Assembly: GCA_965219445.1 (NCBI GenBank)
Contig: CBDCNQ010000002.1
Coordinates: 416,001-480,000 of the forward strand
Reading direction: 5' to 3'
DNA length: 64,000 nucleotides
From: Longimicrobiales bacterium
Lineage (GTDB): Bacteria > Gemmatimonadota > Gemmatimonadetes > Longimicrobiales > Gaopeijiaceae
A model generated the notes under the pieces. That model was not told the origin of the DNA. It was given only the letters and a program-made list of their open reading frames with translations, and made no database searches. Below, piece after piece: positions 62,132 to 64,000 of the stretch. The stretch's first letter is position 1. Every line of letters begins with the position of its first letter. The position numbers were made by a program, and so were the translations under genes.

Positions 62132-63124
62132 CTACCAGCGGACAGCCATGGCACCCCAGGTCAGTCCAGCCCCGAATGCCACGAGTAGAAGGTTCATGCC
62201 GGGCTGTAGCCGGCCCTCTTCGATCGCCTCGTCCAACGCTACCGGTATGCTCGCTGAGCTCGTATTTCCATATCGGTCGATGTTCACGAACACCTTCTCC
62301 ATCGGAAGCCCCGCGTAGCGCGCGATAGCCTTGATGATTCTGATGTTGGCTTGATGGGGGAACACCAAGTCCACGTCCTCGAGCACCCAGCCCGATCGTT
62401 CCAGCGCTTGTCCGGAGCTGTCCGCCATTGCACGGACCGCATGCTTGAAGACCTCCCGCCCCTCCATCCGTATGAGATGGCTCCGATTCCGAAGTACCTC
62501 CTCGTCCATCGGGATCGCGGCTCCTCCCGCCGGCCGGTATAGGAGGTCCGCCAGTTTTCCATCGGTTTGGTGGTGGGTACCCAAGATGCCGCTCTCGCCC
62601 TCCGCACGCCGGACGACCGCGGCACCCGCCCCATCACCGAACAACACGCAAGTGGTGCGATCCTCCCAATCTATGATGGAACTCATCTTCTCCGTGGCGA
62701 TGACAAGAGCGGTTTCCCCACGACCCGTCGAGAGATACCCCTCGGCCAGAGTGAGCCCATAAATGAAGCCTGAGCAGGCACCGCAAACGTCGAAGGCGAC
62801 CGCATTCGTCGCATCGATGAGAGCCTGAATATCGCAGGCGGTGGCGGGAAGCCAGCGGTCGGGTGTCGCCGTCGAAACAATCAGAATGTCCACGTCTTCG
62901 GGTGCCACACCGGCTCGCTCCATGGCGACCCGCGCGGCGGCCGCACCCATGTGGGCGGTGGTCATCTCTGCGGGCGCGATGCGGCGTTCGCGGATTCCGG
63001 TCCGCTCGACGATCCACTCATCGGAGGTCTCGACGATCGACTCCATATCCCGATTCGTCACGACGTTGTCGGGCAGGAACCGGCCCGTCGACACGATTTC
63101 GACCAACGGAGTTGCCGCCGTCAA
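62132..63124 (-). CDS. fabH: Beta-ketoacyl-ACP synthase III
   Basis: RTGIRERR, ACSGF, LFGDGAGA, PHQAN, GNTSSAS; TTG start inferred. Confidence 0.96.
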   Translation of the reverse strand: MTAATPLVEIVSTGRFLPDNVVTNRDMESIVETSDEWIVERTGIRERRIAPAEMTTAHMGAAAARVAMERAGVAPEDVDILIVSTATPDRWLPATACDIQALIDATNAVAFDVCGACSGFIYGLTLAEGYLSTGRGETALVIATEKMSSIIDWEDRTTCVLFGDGAGAAVVRRAEGESGILGTHHQTDGKLADLLYRPAGGAAIPMDEEVLRNRSHLIRMEGREVFKHAVRAMADSSGQALERSGWVLEDVDLVFPHQANIRIIKAIARYAGLPMEKVFVNIDRYGNTSSASIPVALDEAIEEGRLQPGMNLLLVAFGAGLTWGAMAVRW

Positions 63125-64000
63125 ACCGTGCTTCCGGATTCGATGGGGTGAGCCATTTCCCGAACGAAGTGAGATACCATCGAGGCCTTGGCTGCCCGGT
63201 CCGCCACACGGATCGCACTCTCGATCGCCTTCGGCGGTGAGCCTCCGTGGCAAATGATGGCAATGCCGTTCACACCGAGCAGTGGCGCACCGCCCGTCTC
63301 CGTATAGTCCAACAGCCGGAAGACCTCCTCGAGATCATGGCTGGCGGGGGCATCACCCAATGCATTCGTCAACAGGCCCACGATGAAGCTCGCCACAGAT
63401 TCGTAAAACTTGAGGAGCACGTTCCCCACGAACCCGTCACAAACGAGTACGTCGCACCCACCCTCGACGATTCCCCGGCCCTCAACGTTGCCGACGAAGT
63501 TGAGGCCACTCTCCACCAAGGCTTCGTACGCCGCCACCGCCAGCTCGTCACCTTTCTTTGGCTCCTCGCCAATATTGAGAAGGGCGATGCGAGGATCGGC
63601 GATACCCATCAGGTCCTGTGCGTACACTTTCCCCAAGTGCGCAAACTGAACGAGCTGGTGTGGCTTGCAATCGACATTGGCTCCGGCATCCAAGAGCAAC
63701 AGCGGACCACCGGCGGTCGGCACCACCGTGCCGATCGCGGGACGATCCACTCCCTCCAAGGGCCGAAGGACGAAGAGCGATGCAGCCATGACGGCTCCTG
63801 TAGAACCGGCGCTGATGAAAGCGTCGGCTTCCCCTTCCTTATGAAGGCCCACGCCGACGGCGATGGAGGAATCGGGTTTCCGCCTCAGGACCGTCGAGGG
63901 TGGATCGCCCGGTAGGACTCGTTCGGAGGCGTGAACGATGCTCAGTCTGTCGGAGGGAAATCCAGTGTGCTTGGCGAGCTCCGCGCTTACTAGAGCGGAG
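63121..64000 (-). CDS. plsX: Phosphate acyltransferase PlsX (5' end outside the window)
   Basis: SAGSTGA, RPAI, LDAGAN, NIGEE..KG, CDGFVGN, GGAPLLG, HG.S. Confidence 0.95.
   Translation of the reverse strand, partial: SALVSAELAKHTGFPSDRLSIVHASERVLPGDPPSTVLRRKPDSSIAVGVGLHKEGEADAFISAGSTGAVMAASLFVLRPLEGVDRPAIGTVVPTAGGPLLLLDAGANVDCKPHQLVQFAHLGKVYAQDLMGIADPRIALLNIGEEPKKGDELAVAAYEALVESGLNFVGNVEGRGIVEGGCDVLVCDGFVGNVLLKFYESVASFIVGLLTNALGDAPASHDLEEVFRLLDYTETGGAPLLGVNGIAIICHGGSPPKAIESAIRVADRAAKASMVSHFVREMAHPIESGSTV

Overview
GC-rich bacterial chromosome segment. The gene set and order (kdsB-pyrG-kdsA-kdsC-lptC-lptA-lptB-rpoN; plsX-fabH-fabD-fabG-acpP-fabF-ispF-dedA-xerD) indicate a diderm and look Gemmatimonadota-like (inference). 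The window appears to span the replication terminus: a 28-bp dif-like site lies at 24301-24328 and the core operons converge on it. The main finding is a nested mobile element present twice in inverted orientation (881-3858 and 48838-51815). In each copy an IS1111-type (IS110 family) element sits inside the left terminal inverted repeat of an IS256-family element. The IS1111 downstream non-coding region can fold into a stem-loop that carries exact guide matches to both strands of that IS256 end, plus a match to its own donor end, as expected for a seekRNA/bridge RNA programmed against another IS. The 8-bp target duplications of the two IS256 copies are swapped, and two split genes rejoin in frame if 3859-48837 is flipped. 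The 45-kb interval around dif is therefore inverted, or mis-joined in assembly. The window also holds a tRNA-Arg 3' fragment (probable att site) next to panD-panB-panC, two toxin-antitoxin-like pairs, a glycosylation cluster and several gene remnants. All calls are by eye; no searches were run.
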